From: Klebsormidium nitens
Taxonomy: Eukaryota; Plantae; Klebsormidiophyceae
Length of the DNA: 64,000 nt
Assembly: GCA_000708835.1 (NCBI GenBank)
Contig: DF237221.1
Coordinates: 51,783-115,782 of the forward strand
Direction of reading: 5' to 3'
Shown one piece after another: positions 1 through 12,064 of the stretch. The first letter of the stretch is position 1. The number at the start of each line of letters is the position of its first letter. The notes under the pieces were generated by a model. It searched no databases and had not been told where the DNA came from. It saw nothing but the letters and a program-made list of their open reading frames with translations. Position numbers and translations under genes: made by a program.

Positions 1-23
1 ATCCCGCTGTGCTTTTCTCCCAG

Positions 24-2957
24 GTTCCGCTTGAGCAGTACATGACTGAGACTCAGCGCATATTCTCTGCCGTGTTTCCTGACACCCACCGCGCCCAGCG
101 CCTTAGCCCCGTAAGTCTGTTTCTTGGCTTGTTCTGTATAACCTTTGATGTCCATACTTCTTAATGTTGAATAAAGTAGGAACAAGACTTTTGAGTTCTT
201 TGATTGGTTGTAAGAACGCGGCTAGAGTTGACGGGCTCAAAAGACTCGAAAGGCAGAGTTTTTGAGTTCGGAAAGCTCCTGATAATCTATCAGCTAGATG
301 GGTATAACCCAGTCCCGGAACCGATATCGTTCCTTTTCTCCTTCTGTTCTGCCGTAGTCCTTCTGGGCATCTTTGCAGGATGACGGCTCTGGCCCAAGTC
401 GACTTTCAACAAAACTGCTCTTATTTTTTTGCAATTGCGTAGACCAGTGTCCTACTTGCAGCTTTGAATCAGGAGGGAAAGTCCTCTGTGGACCAGGCTT
501 CCTGGAAGAACTGTAAGAGGCTTTAACCAGACCAACATGTTCGCCCCAGGAGAAGTCAGCTGATCTTGTTCAGATTGCCCCAAACGTCCTCTGCCTGGGT
601 CTGACTGACTCCTTGCATCACTGCCCAGGAGATGCGATGCATTTCACCTTCCGGTTGGCTTAACTCCAACAGAGAGTCCTCCGAGGAACTCTTGTCGAAG
701 TCCCTTTTTGTGTCATTGGCCCAGGAGTTGTGGCGCATGTTTATTGTTCATCAATGTTAACACTCCTCCAAACGTCCTCAAGAGAACCTCAGTCTCATCG
801 AATCATCTGTGTCAGTCCTTCAGGAGGTGTGGCGCATGATTATTGTCATCAATGTTAACACTCCTCCGAACGTCCTCAAGGGAACCTCAGTCTAATCGAA
901 ACATCTGTGTCATTCCTCCTGGCAGGAGGTGTGGCGCATCTTCATGCTCCCCATCAACTTCTTCTTCCTCAGCGTGCGCCCCGTGGTCGACATGCGGGTG
1001 TGGGTGCACGACCCCTCGGTAGATGGTCCCCGCCCTGGAGCGACGGCGACCGGAGGAAAGGCACGGAAAATGGTGTGCCTGGAGGCAGTAAGTTTTCAAT
1101 ATCAGATTTGCTTTTCTGATCCAGTCCCGGTTGGAAAAGGAACTACCAAGGCCCAAAGCGTCAACACGATGCTTCTTAGGGAGTTTGATTGGCGAAACAG
1201 ATAGCTGCAGCTTAAATGCAAAGAATCTAGAGTATGTCGCAAGTTTGTCGCTCCTACGTCGCTTGGAAGCCGAGATAGCTTGCGTGGATTGCAGTGGACA
1301 AAGATCGAGTGCTGCCGCCTCTGTTGGTGGCTCTTCGTCTCCTTTTATTGTTGCATGGCCATCATGATTGACAGTCAATTGTGGTCAAAGATGACACGGC
1401 TGCCTCTTATGCGCGGGCCCATTTGTTGCTTCTGTTCCTGGTCTTTGACTAGTAGCGGACCCTTAAATTGGCACACACGAAGTCCCTTCGTAACCATTCG
1501 AACTGTCAGCATTGGCCCTAGCCCCTGTTGCGTTTGATAAACTCTCTTTGCGAGGGAGCGGACGAGAGCACTTTCTTTTCTTCCGGTCGTATGCCCTTTC
1601 AATTGTCTTTTCTATTTTCCATTTCAGACCGAACGCCTCGTGCTTTGTTTCTTTGGTTCTTCTAACAGAAGATGAGAGGTCGAGAAAAAAGTTTCATTGC
1701 ATAAAGACGCATGCTAGTCAGACTTGCTCCTGCTGACCCACGTCTTAGCGTTAAGCCGAAATTGGATCTTCAGCATAATCTAAATCCAGGATAGAATACT
1801 GAAACCAGCCTCCTCGACCTCCCCATCTCCTCAACCTCTCCGCCTTTGTCTCCACCCCGTTCAGCTCTGAATGATTGTCAATGCCTCATTCGATCAGTTG
1901 GTTAGAGTGCTGAAAATTGTCAAGAAGAACCTGTCACACCCAACAGAAGCCTAGTTTCCCAAACCTCCGCGTCCTCTTCGCCTCCAGCTCCGGTGTGATC
2001 TCCGAAGCCTGGATTACGTGCTCAAGCCAGACGACTTCATCCTGGGCGCAAACGGCGCCCTATACCCTGAGCGCACCGGCCCCGCGGCGCGCCTCCGAGG
2101 CAGCATGCACGTCAGCATCAGCCTCGCCGTGCCGCCCGCGCTGTTCTTCACGCCCAGGGGACTGCTGGAGCCGGCGGGGAATGCGGTAAGCTTTAGGATA
2201 ATGCTTTTTGGGATGCGTGTGCTTTCGTTGTACATCTTGCTTTTTCGTCTCGCTTTTCGCGTCTTCGCTTCTAAAACGGGAAGGGGCCATTGATAATGAG
2301 GATAGCTTTTTAATGGCTCCGCATAGATCTTTAGGGCAGGTGGCAAGCCGCATCTTCTCGCCTTCAGAAGTAACGCATGAGATCCATTCAAGTCGAACAG
2401 TGCCTACGCGAAAAGCGTAAGATTTTGATTGTGATTCCCGACGAGTACCGTGATTTTCGAGCGCATTCCGTTATCGCCTGCGACCATCCCTCTGGATGGG
2501 CAAGACCAATTTGTGGTAAGACCAGGTTGTCGAGGAGTCAGCGCAACTGTCATTCGTTCCGCTTAGTTGACCGTTTCGAAGCTTTTCAATCAACACCTGT
2601 TGTATGCTGCGGGCGAATGCGGGAGCTGCTCCATCGGCTACAATGTCCGGCCAATCTGCTCAACGGCCAACCGTTCAAATCACCCCTTGAAAGTATCTGA
2701 TGCCGGTGCCTGTGTTCAAAGACACGTGTTGAAAGACTGTGTCTGCTGCATATTGTTTGGGTCTTCTGATGGCTTGTCCGTCTTCTTGATTGTTTTTCGG
2801 TGACTGACCTTAGCCTACTCGTTTCTGGTCTACCCTGCAGGTCATGGAGCAATTGCTCCAAAACATGAAGAACAAGGTGAACAGCCAGCTGCTGGTGGAC
2901 TACCGGGCATATGCTCAGGAGGAAGCAGCAAAGCGACGACAAATTCAAAGCGACTGA
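24..2957 (+). CDS. DUF1997 family protein (START/SRPBCC-like), 5'-truncated by the window edge; exons 24-110, 926-1087, 1988-2185, 2841-2957
   Basis: Four GT-AG-bounded phase-0 exons join into VPLEQYMTETQRIFSAVFPD...EVWRIFMLPINFFFLSVRPVVDMRVW...LKPDDFILGANGALYPER...VPPALFFTP...QNMKNKVNSQLLVDY. These motifs match my recollection of plant/cyanobacterial DUF1997 proteins. Confidence 0.8.
547..960 (+). repeat. Decaying tandem repeat (~80-102 bp units) of a splice acceptor plus exon start
   Basis: The motif CAGGAG(G/T)TGTGGCGCAT recurs at 722, 821 and 923 (the true acceptor), with weaker copies at 626 and 547. Units 722-820 and 821-922 are near-identical. Confidence 0.85.
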
Positions 2958-3867
2958 GTGGAGGAGGCGTTGTCGGCCCCTCATTATTCCTCCTCTGCTG
3001 AATGTACCATAACCCCATTCTTTTAGGTGGTAATTGCACGCTGCTTGTGATGTAACGATGCACTTTTGACTGCTTACTGGAGTTCTCGGTCTAGGTCAAG
3101 ACGTGACGCTGTCATCAAAAATGCAGCCTAGTGCGTCGATTTTTTGCAAGTATGAACTATATTGTACTTTGTCAAATGCAAGACCAGCTGTTTTATTATA
3201 AGACCGTATTGCATGTGTTCATCATCAGAGCACTGGCTACGGTGTCAATTAAGCACTTTTAATGCACTGACGCTGCAATGCAACTGGGCGCGAAGACGTG
3301 ACCTTGCACTGCACAGGGCGGATGCGGCACCGCCGTCCAGAATATGTCGCCTAAATACTTGACGAGTTGGATGCGTTGCAGTGGATGCATCACACTGGCA
3401 TGTCAGCCGGCCTCAGCAGGGAATTGGGGATGCGTATGCATTCCAAGTATCGCTTACGGTAGTACTTTTCCGACGTATACTGGCACAGCTCCGCGCCAAT
3501 ATTCTATAGAACATGGCATGCACAAAGCTGAATTGATCGACCGTGGCCCCTTACCTGCGTGTGTATTTGCTTCACCAAATTCAACCGCGGCAGGGATGAC
3601 TTGATCCGGCCAGCAAGGTACGGACGGTCGTGTCCTTTGCCAGCAGCCAGCTGAGCCAGCAGGCTCGACGGTTAACCGGCACCTTAACGGACAGAGTTAT
3701 CATGCCGCCTTGCATGCATGACGGCATGATGATAGTTGAGCACACATGTGGGCTGCGCACTGACTCAGAGATCGTGCATAAAGAGTCGACATAGCAAGTT
3801 GAAAGGCTGGCAGCTGTCGTGACCATTGAAACATTGCGCGCTGGCAACAGCTGCCCCCTCGAACGGA

Positions 3868-6303
3868 TCAATGCAGATCCTCGTCCTCGCCTGGACACTC
3901 CGTATCAATATCCTCCTGCGAATCGTACTTCACCCCGCAATATATACAGTACCAGTGTTTGTCTCTTAGCCGTCGAAGCATCCGCTCGAGTATCCGCACC
4001 CTGTCTTCGTCCGACACCTCCTCCACCGCGTTCTTCGCCTCTTCCTCTTCGTCTAATGATCTCTCTCCCGGCCGCAGCTTCCGTTTCCGCGCTATCCTCA
4101 CATCCAGCCCCACTTCGTCTTCTAATACGCTATCTCCTTCCAATACACTACCGTTTCCGTCCTTATTTACACCCTCTAAACTTACAACGTCTCTCCACGG
4201 CCCGTCCTCGCCCTCGATCGTTGCGAGCGCCGTTTCTGCGCGCCCGAGGTCGCGCCGCACCTTTCGAAAGTCCCACCGGCCCTTTGCACGGTCCCGGAAG
4301 TCGAGGGCCAACTCCTGCTGCTGCCGTTGCCGATGCTCTGCTGCGCGCGCCCTTCGTGCGGCCTGGTCAGGGAGACATTGATTTGTTTTATGAGGTCGAA
4401 GCTGGCACATAGCACCCACAAGAGAAACGAACACCTTCGTTAGTTGCACAATCCCGGAAGTCGGGGCTAACCCCTTCTGCGGCTGTTCCCAGGGCTCTGC
4501 TGCTTGCTGCAGCCCGAAGTAGAAAACGTAGTTGATCTTGAAAACAGTCCTCATACGTGACACAACGAAGATCACGAGCACAACTGCAGTTGTGGCCGAT
4601 TCTGCAGATCAAGAGCTAGAGCTGACTGCTGCGCGCCGGTGTGGGCAGGTCACGGTGCCCTTCTCACGATCTGATCAGCTGGATTCTGGAAACACGTTCG
4701 AAATATGGCAGCAGTACTGTACGCTTTCAGATAGGAAGGACCCGTTGTATTGGCACAGTGCTTCATGCCACTTGTCCTTCTGTGGCCTGATGAAAAAGAC
4801 AGACTCGGAGGGGAGGTTCCAGTGCGGTCAGAGAGTGCACAGCTGGCACCAAGAGACGTAGGCGGGATGCCAAATGCGAGTCTGGTGTCGAATAGTCGTT
4901 TGCAGATACCTTACATGCGTCCGAAAAGACGCCCTCAGAACGTCGTGAATTATTCGGGTCGAAGGTGTTGTACGTAGTGTCATAAGGTCCAGAAGTTTCT
5001 CAGATAAACTTGTCGGCTGGTGAAGACGGAAGAAGTCTCGTTTCAAGATCTGGCTCCTTCATCGAGCCAGGGAAACAGTTCAGCAACAGGGGTGTTCAGG
5101 GGACCAAGCCTCGAAGCAAGATCGAAGCAGTCCACTGCCAACTGCCATTCACAGATCCACCAAGTTTCATTCACCCAAGATTCGACATGAGAGATCCGAA
5201 ACAACTCTTTTCGATTCGAAAACGGCCGAGAAAGGCTTTGAAAAGCAATGCAAGCTTGACGTACTTTTGACAGCCTTTCTCTTCTGAAGCACTTCTCACA
5301 AGATAGTTGCCAGACTGCATCCAAGAACCGTGGCAATGTGAACATTCTACATTGGCTGACGCACCTTTTCTTGCTGCTCCTGCTGAATGATCTCGTCTCT
5401 GCCCAGCCCCGTCTTCGCTCTTTTCACCTTCAATTCCAGGGGCTCCGTGATACCCCCCTGCTCCGGCTGGCCCAAGCTACCCCCTGGCCTGCCAAAAGAA
5501 GGTTCAAAAGTGCTGTAATCTCCCGCGTCACCTTGTATGCAAAGACCTCTTTGGAATTTCGTTTTTGGTCAAGAGCCCCACACCTATCAAACGATGGGGC
5601 TCGTCAACGTAGGTCTGCAACTCTGAGAGATACTTTGGAACAATTCAAAGAGCGCATCTAGAAGATGGCCGAAACATTTGCTGACGCCACAAGAAATTTG
5701 AGCTTCGGGAAGGGGGCGGGGCGCTGCTGATTCATCTGTGATTTCACCTGATGAAAACCACCTTTCAGAGAGTCGTTTCACCATTGAGCCTCCTCATGAA
5801 GAGTGTGAAAAGCGTCAAAGACTCAACCACAGGAAGGCACTTGTGCGGACGAAGTAAACAACCTCAAGCAATCAAAGCAAATTGGTGAAAACAAGCGCCA
5901 TTTTTGAACTCACAAGCAGTGATAAGTGACTTCCACGGCGACAATCATTATTCTGTTCAAGCATCAGAGACAAATTGGATGAATGAAAGAAAGGAAGTAA
6001 TGAAGAAAGGAGCAATCAAACTCACTTGTAGCCCATCTTCTCCAGCAGCTTAAATCCAATGTTCCCCTGCGGAATTGCCTGCGCCATGCCCTCTTGCCGC
6101 AGCTTCTCTTCTTTCTCGAAAACACGCTCCTTTCGCTGCTGCTGCTTCTGTACAAATGTCAAGCGGGGCTTGGCGCTCTGCTGGGGAAGTTTCTTCGCAC
6201 CAGAGGTCTTAGAATTCGTGAGCGAAGGAGCGGATTCTGCAATGCCAAAGATGCTCAAATCAGCCATGTAGTCTGGCTCGTCTGCAGGATCCTGGTCCGC
6301 CAT
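3868..6303 (-). CDS. GPATCH11: G-patch domain-containing protein 11-like (G-patch + DUF4187); exons 6303-6026, 5488-5365, 4362-3868; ~298 aa
   Basis: The spliced frame gives the G-patch IPQGNIGFKLLEKMGYK|PGGSLGQPEQGGITEPL...KTGLG and the C-terminal HWYCIYCGVKYDSQEDIDTECPGEDEDLH (DUF4187-type). Splice phases (2, 0) are consistent. Confidence 0.9.
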
Positions 6304-6901
6304 AGCTGCAAATTGGTGTCCCAGCAGATCTCAGTTCAGATTTTCAGCGAGTGAGCGCTCCTATAATTTGTACGGCAGCATAATGCAAGATGTAGAGAAG
6401 CAATTGGGCACCACTATAAACAGAGTTCCGCGACTTGGTCACTCCATATGGAAGGCCAACAAAACTCTGGACAGTTTGAGTTCTGATGAAGGCCCATGCA
6501 CTGATGCAGCCTGCAGGAGGAGCCGACGGCACATTTGTCATCATGATGATGGTACGACGGTACCATCCGACTCCGAACGCGATGGTAATGGCTCTTTTCA
6601 CTGGGCGGCAGTCAAGGCGCTAACGGTGTGCATGGACAAAGAGCATTTGATTAAATACCGTCAATCGGACTGACAGATTGACGTGGCAATCCATCAACCA
6701 TCCGATGGCAGACAAGGTCAAGGCGGTTCTCGAGGCTCTCACCGGGTTTGCGAAACCGGGGCAAAGAATGGATGAATAGACTGGAAAGTCACGCATCTAG
6801 TTGACAGCTTTCCTCCTGCGAGCTGGCAACTTCTCACCCGCTTCTTTCTGACGACAGCTCACCTCTCTTGAGCAGCGGCAGTGGCAAATGCGCCAAATTC
6901 A

Positions 6902-9900
6902 ATGTTGCGAGTTGTCTCCAGCCGTCTGTCTATCCGCAGCTCGCAGCTCTGCTCTCCTCAAGCAGCTAGCCTATTCACAAGCCCTCACCGACTGAAGGCC
7001 AGCGCTATGGCCGCTCCTGGCACTGTTGTTGAGAACACCCTTCCGGGCAGCAGCGGGCTTGCAGCAGAGAATGGGCCTGTGACCAAGGAGGCTGGGTCGG
7101 TGGGGCCTGCAAGCAGTACCGCACCCGTGCAGGGGATCAAGAACTTGTCAAAGGTGGCCAATGAGATTGTTCCACATGTCATGAACCTGTGAGTGGTCCT
7201 AGTTTCTTCCACCTTTAGGGCTTTGGTGGGCCTCTTTTTAGAAGATTGTGCCGAATGATGCTTCGAAAGATTGAAGTTGAGCTGTTTCACCACAAATGAA
7301 ACAGTGGTCAGAACCAGGCTAACTGTGCATGCATGCAACGTCCCATTTTCGCCCATATTGAGCTAAAACTTCGTCTTCAGCGAGCGGGCTGATTACCTTC
7401 CAACGGCTTGCCTTGAATCTGGACAGCGGGATTTGCAAGGCAGGAACTGTCCAGAAATGCTATATTTTGAGAGCTTGTAGAAGCGCGCACTTGCTGGGAT
7501 AAGACTCGGGACAACGACTTGCACTGGTTTTGTACTTCAGCTTCTTCAATGTTCCGTGCTCAGAAAACAGACTCAATGAAGAAGACTCCCTTTGACCTCT
7601 TGCAGGTATCAGAGCGTTGCTACTGAGTCTGACTACAAGATCTACGCCCCAAATGCTGAATTTGAGGATCCGCTGATGCACGCGATCGGGCTCAAGCAGG
7701 TGCAATCGGCATTTCAAGCGATGCCCAAAACGTTTAGCATGGCGCAGGCTCTCAAGAGCGACGTCATCAAGGACCTTGACGCACCGAGCTCAGGAGAGGT
7801 GAGGTTTGCGGTTCCGAATGATGTTTGGCTGTTCAGAATTAAATCTTTTTCCGAACCACAAGCGATCGAGAACGCGCCGAGGTCAATAGTTGACAGAGAA
7901 GAAGTTGTCAAACAGTCTCTACGAGTTTGGGCATGTCTATTGTCAAGATTCCGAGCACCTATTCAGTGTGATAGTTGAGATAGACTCTGAAAGCTTCACT
8001 TACTTGATAACTGTTGCTTTAGGAGTGAAAGCCTTTAGCATCTCAGCGGGCCATCAAAACAATGCGCTTGTAGATCTAAACGCCTTGACACAGAGCAAGG
8101 TGGAGTGAGGTTTTATGGGCTTGCGTCAGGACTGGGGGTTTGAAGTTGTGCCAGGCGTGGAAGAACAGGAAAAACCGGCTGGGGAGGTTCCGATTGCGTT
8201 TATGGCTGGGAGATTAGATACATGTTTCGAGGGGTCTTGGTTCACAAGTTTGACTTTGCGCTCAGAATCGCGTGAGGAATCAAACAGCAAAGACGATCGG
8301 ATCCTGCGTTCGCTTTCAGTTATCAAGAGCGTATGTGACATGCAGAATAACGATTGGACAAGTCTGGTGCAATTATGCTATACTTCGTCTCTGTATGTTC
8401 TGTGTTGTGGATATGTATACACCATTAGATGTAAGCTCGTCGAGTTCTGCTTTATACCACCACCTTTGCAAATCTTCTGAGCACCGTCCGTCACAATCTT
8501 TTCAGAAAATTCTCAACGACCCCCGTTTATGACTTTTAGCCCTGTTTGAAGGAAGATGACAAAGTCCCAGGCAGAAAAGAGGCTCTTCTAGCTTCAATTG
8601 CGCGTTGCACAGGCTGTCTTACGACATTCTCGTTCTGATATCTGACCGGTTGATGATTCGCCAGTTAGGTAAGACTGGTGCGGCCAATTTCGGATGTTTT
8701 CGATTCCGGACGGGCAATGTTCGATCCAAATTTCGGACAAGTGAAAGCAGGGTTTCACTCAGTGAAACTGCAGTCGATTCGATACCGTTTTAATGCCAAA
8801 TCGAAACACGGCTTGATGACGTGGTCCCTTTTCGATTTGGCAATAAAACAGTATCGAATCGACNNNNNNNNNNNNNNNNNNNNAACACGGCTTGATGACG
8901 TGGTCCCTTTTCGATTTGGCAATAAAACAGTATCGAATCGACTGCAGTTTCACTGAGTGAAACCCTGCTTTCACCCGTCCGAAATTTGGATCGAACATTG
9001 CCCGTCCGGAATCGAAAAGATCCGAAATTGGCCGCACCAGTCTTATTAGGTATTCGTAATGAAATGATTTCTGTGACGCCTTTTTTCCTTTTCGCTCTCA
9101 ACACCGTAGTCTCGAGATTTCATCACGACTCTCCTCTCGCACGTGCCCCACTTGCGCCACAAAACGTCACCTTACGAAGGTACTCTACACGTCGCTTGCT
9201 CTGCATACTTGGTCTCACGAGACCCTCGCTCCTCGTCTCCTCAGATCCACATCGACCTGGTGATGAAATACAAGATGCGTCCCGTCGGCCCCACCTTCGA
9301 GATGCCGTCGCTGGTGCGCCTGGTGGTTCAGGACGGCCAGGTCGTCCGGCACGAGGACTTGTGAGCGTCCGAACTGCTGTAACGCTTGTTCTTTTCGTAG
9401 AAACTCTGTTGCAGAGGTCTCTGAGAATGTGACGCTCGTTCTACTCACATAGTCACATTACGAAGGCGTCCAAGACTCCACTTGCGGAGCACCACGCTTT
9501 TTCCTCAACAGTATCTCGCGAACAGTTTCGGTGTTGGAAGGTCACTGACTCTGACATATCGCGTTGTCGGAAAGAACCCAACCACGCGTCTGTGATTGTA
9601 CAAGTCCTGTATGGATCAGCTGATTGTCGTCGGTTGTGGGACTTTTAAGTCGAGAAAGCGCAATCCTTGAGCGCAGGACAATCAGACGCGGCCATTGAGA
9701 TTGGCTCTCTAATTCGGGTGGCGGCAGAATATCTGCTCCGCCCTTCCCGAGCGTTACCTTCTCTTTCCAAAATGAGCGACTGAAACCTTGTCAATCTACC
9801 CTCCAGATGGCACCACAAGCCCCTCACGCATACGGGCATCGTGGGCAAGACTGGCGACATGATGCGGAGAGCCAACATGATGCTGACGCACGCCATCATG

Positions 9901-9984
9901 GGTTTCGGGGGGAAGGTCCCTGCTGACTCACCTAAGTCCACGCTCACACCCCCGAAGGAGACTGCCGGGAGCAGCAGCTTGTGA
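6902..9984 (+). CDS. NTF2/SnoaL-like fold protein with a Ser/Arg-rich N-terminal organellar targeting peptide; exons 6902-7188, 7606-7798, 9245-9360, 9807-9984; ~257 aa
   Basis: Phase-consistent exons give IVPHVMNLYQS...IYAPNAEFEDPLMHAIGLKQVQSAF...LVVQDGQVVRHEDLWHHKP...MRRANMMLTHAIMGFG. The FEDP and VRHEDxW motifs are typical of plant NTF2-like proteins. Confidence 0.8.
8670..9045. mobile_element. Palindromic (foldback/MITE-like) insertion in intron 2 of the NTF2-like gene, spanning a 20-N gap
   Basis: The arms TAAGACTGGTGCGGCCAATTTCGGA... and ...TCCGAAATTGGCCGCACCAGTCTTA are near-perfect inverted repeats over roughly 140 bp. TTAGG is duplicated immediately outside (8665-8669, 9046-9050). 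Confidence 0.8.
8864..8883. other. Assembly gap (20 N)
   Basis: Run of N. About 60 bp is repeated on both sides of the gap, suggesting unmerged overlapping contig ends. Confidence 0.95.
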
Positions 9985-10973
9985 TGCGTTTGTCACCAAT
10001 TTTGCGTCTCGTAAAGATTCAGGCGAAAATCCAAGGCCGGTTTTCAGCGGGAAAGCCGCCCAGAGATACACATTCTTTTAGGGACAGATTCTTTGGTTAT
10101 ACTTAGCAAGGCACGATATTTGCGTTCGGTGTTCGAGAAGTGGTCCTTGTACAGAATACGCATTGTACAGTGTGTAACTCGTCGTTCCAAATAGCAGGGC
10201 ATTGAAATGAGATTGCAGGGGAAGTTACTGCGCAAGATCAGTGCACGTGCAGATTCAGCACCAGGGTCGGCTACGGAGGCCTCCCTGTCCGGCAATAACG
10301 GGCGTCAGAATTTGCTCAAGGGTGTATCTGAGTCATACTACTCGTGTAAGATACTGAAAACTAGGACTACGACTGAGTCCTTCATGTCCTTAAATCTAAG
10401 GTGATGTGAAATGTACACATCGCTTGATCTGCTCGACAATTATGTGCTTGCATGTGCTGAGTGCTGCTGCCTAACTGCGGCATATACTCATGTGCTTGAT
10501 CATGCAGTGCCAGCCCATCCAGTGCGCCCACGCAGTTTCATTTGCCTTTGTACCCCGTGTTCCTTGATCTGTGGGATGCACGTATCTACAACGAACTGTA
10601 AGATGGCCCCATTTTGGGTGTGCGAAGTGGAATAGGCACCGCAGTGACATGGAATGCGCGGGCCACCAGCGATGTACCCACAGCCTGGCCATGCACAGCG
10701 TCCAACTGTGCAAATTTCAGACTGCCGATTTCTTCTGCACTATGCCTGTTCGACTGCCCCTGGCTGCTGCCTGCCATAACTGGTGATGATATACTCGCGG
10801 TCACGAACTTCTAGTTCATACTTTGCTAACATCTGCACGCAGTTGGTCCGACAATGATCCGATGATCGTCTGTTGTACTTGCCGCTCCTTTTGCATGATC
10901 ACGCACTTAGTTATCCTCCTGTCCCTCTAGATTGCGTAACCCGAGCGGTACTAGCGCACTTAGACCTGAAGCG

Positions 10974-11342
10974 GGGGGACCAAACGCCACTGAAACACAG
11001 TGAACCATGATCCGCACCGTCAGATGAGAAATCTCTTGATCAGGACGGTTGCGGTTGCATATTTTGGATGTCCCGAGCCCGATGCGGTCCCTCGGTTGGT
11101 CTGAGGGGAGGGTTAAGAAGAGTGTTAAAAGAGGGTTAATGGTTTTTTGGCTGTTAAACCCACCTAAACCTGCCCCCAATCCCTCCTAAACGGCGCGTTG
11201 CCCGGACCCCAAACTCTGGGTTTTCAAAGGCGACCCTGTGGAGGTTCAATCCCACCAATTTTCGGTTCCGGGCAATTAGCCGTTTGGCTGTTGGCACATG
11301 GTTCATGTTGCTAACTTTCTTGCCTGGGGTGTTTGGTCCCCC
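10974..11342. mobile_element. Possible MITE-like element with 15-bp terminal inverted repeats
   Basis: GGGGGACCAAACGCC (10974-10988) and GGTGTTTGGTCCCCC (11328-11342) are inverted repeats with one mismatch. No clear TSD. Confidence 0.3.
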
Positions 11343-12064
11343 TGACTTGAAGCAGTTCAGGAGCAACTTCAATATAAGAAGTGGCTCTTGTAGCGCCGAC
11401 TCATGCAGTCTTCAAACGGTACTTCGATTGGTGACTTGAGGTTTCTGATCAAGGCTGCTACCTCTCAATCGAAAGCATTCTGTCTCTAAATTACCGATAA
11501 GATTAGGTTCATTCAGCCCGATACAGTACTCAAAAAGTTCCTGCTATGATCACCTGCGACAGCTAATCTTACAACGAGAAGCATACCTGCGTAGATTCCT
11601 TTCTGTCTTTCGAAAAGTCCATCACGACTTAAGTGCTCTCGCTAACTTGTTGAGCAGCTGATGATCGACTACGGCGCCCGACCGCCCTTATAGCTGTTTC
11701 CGATCTGTGCGCGTAATGTGAGATTGAAATAAGATAGCACAACCTTGCTGCTGCAGTAAGGAAAGATGCCCGCTAGTCACTTCAAATCCGTCCATTACAG
11801 GTCGTCTTCGTCGCAGGCTCTACAAGACCTGCCCCTTGGTTTCACCACAGGCAGTAGGAAAGCAGCGCTTAGAAAGCATCGGACCACTGCGCTCGTAGCC
11901 GCTGCGTGCTTCTCTATCCTCACAATCTTCGCCATCGAGATCTTGACCAGAGTCTTCAGATAAGGCCAAAACAAATAAGTTGGTCGGCGCAAGCGGCGGC
12001 CGCCTCATACAGACGAGCAGGGGCCACAAACTCGAAACTCTGCAAGAGATCGAAATTAAAAGCC

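Noticed and set aside
547-960. CRISPR-like reading of the regularly spaced repeat
   Set aside because: The whole unit repeats with no unique spacers, the motif is a splice acceptor/exon start, the context is eukaryotic, and no cas genes are present.
3200-3860. TGCA/ATGC-rich intergenic tracts here and at 10420-10800
   Set aside because: No alignable homology, terminal repeats or ORF motif seen; treated as compositional bias.
4441-4510. RALGTAAEGVSP in the GPATCH11 intron, resembling the G-patch exon
   Set aside because: The match is short and weak. The true exon 5488-5365 already completes the G-patch in phase.
8805-8943. ~60-bp direct repeat flanking the N gap
   Set aside because: Most likely unmerged overlapping contig ends rather than a real duplication.
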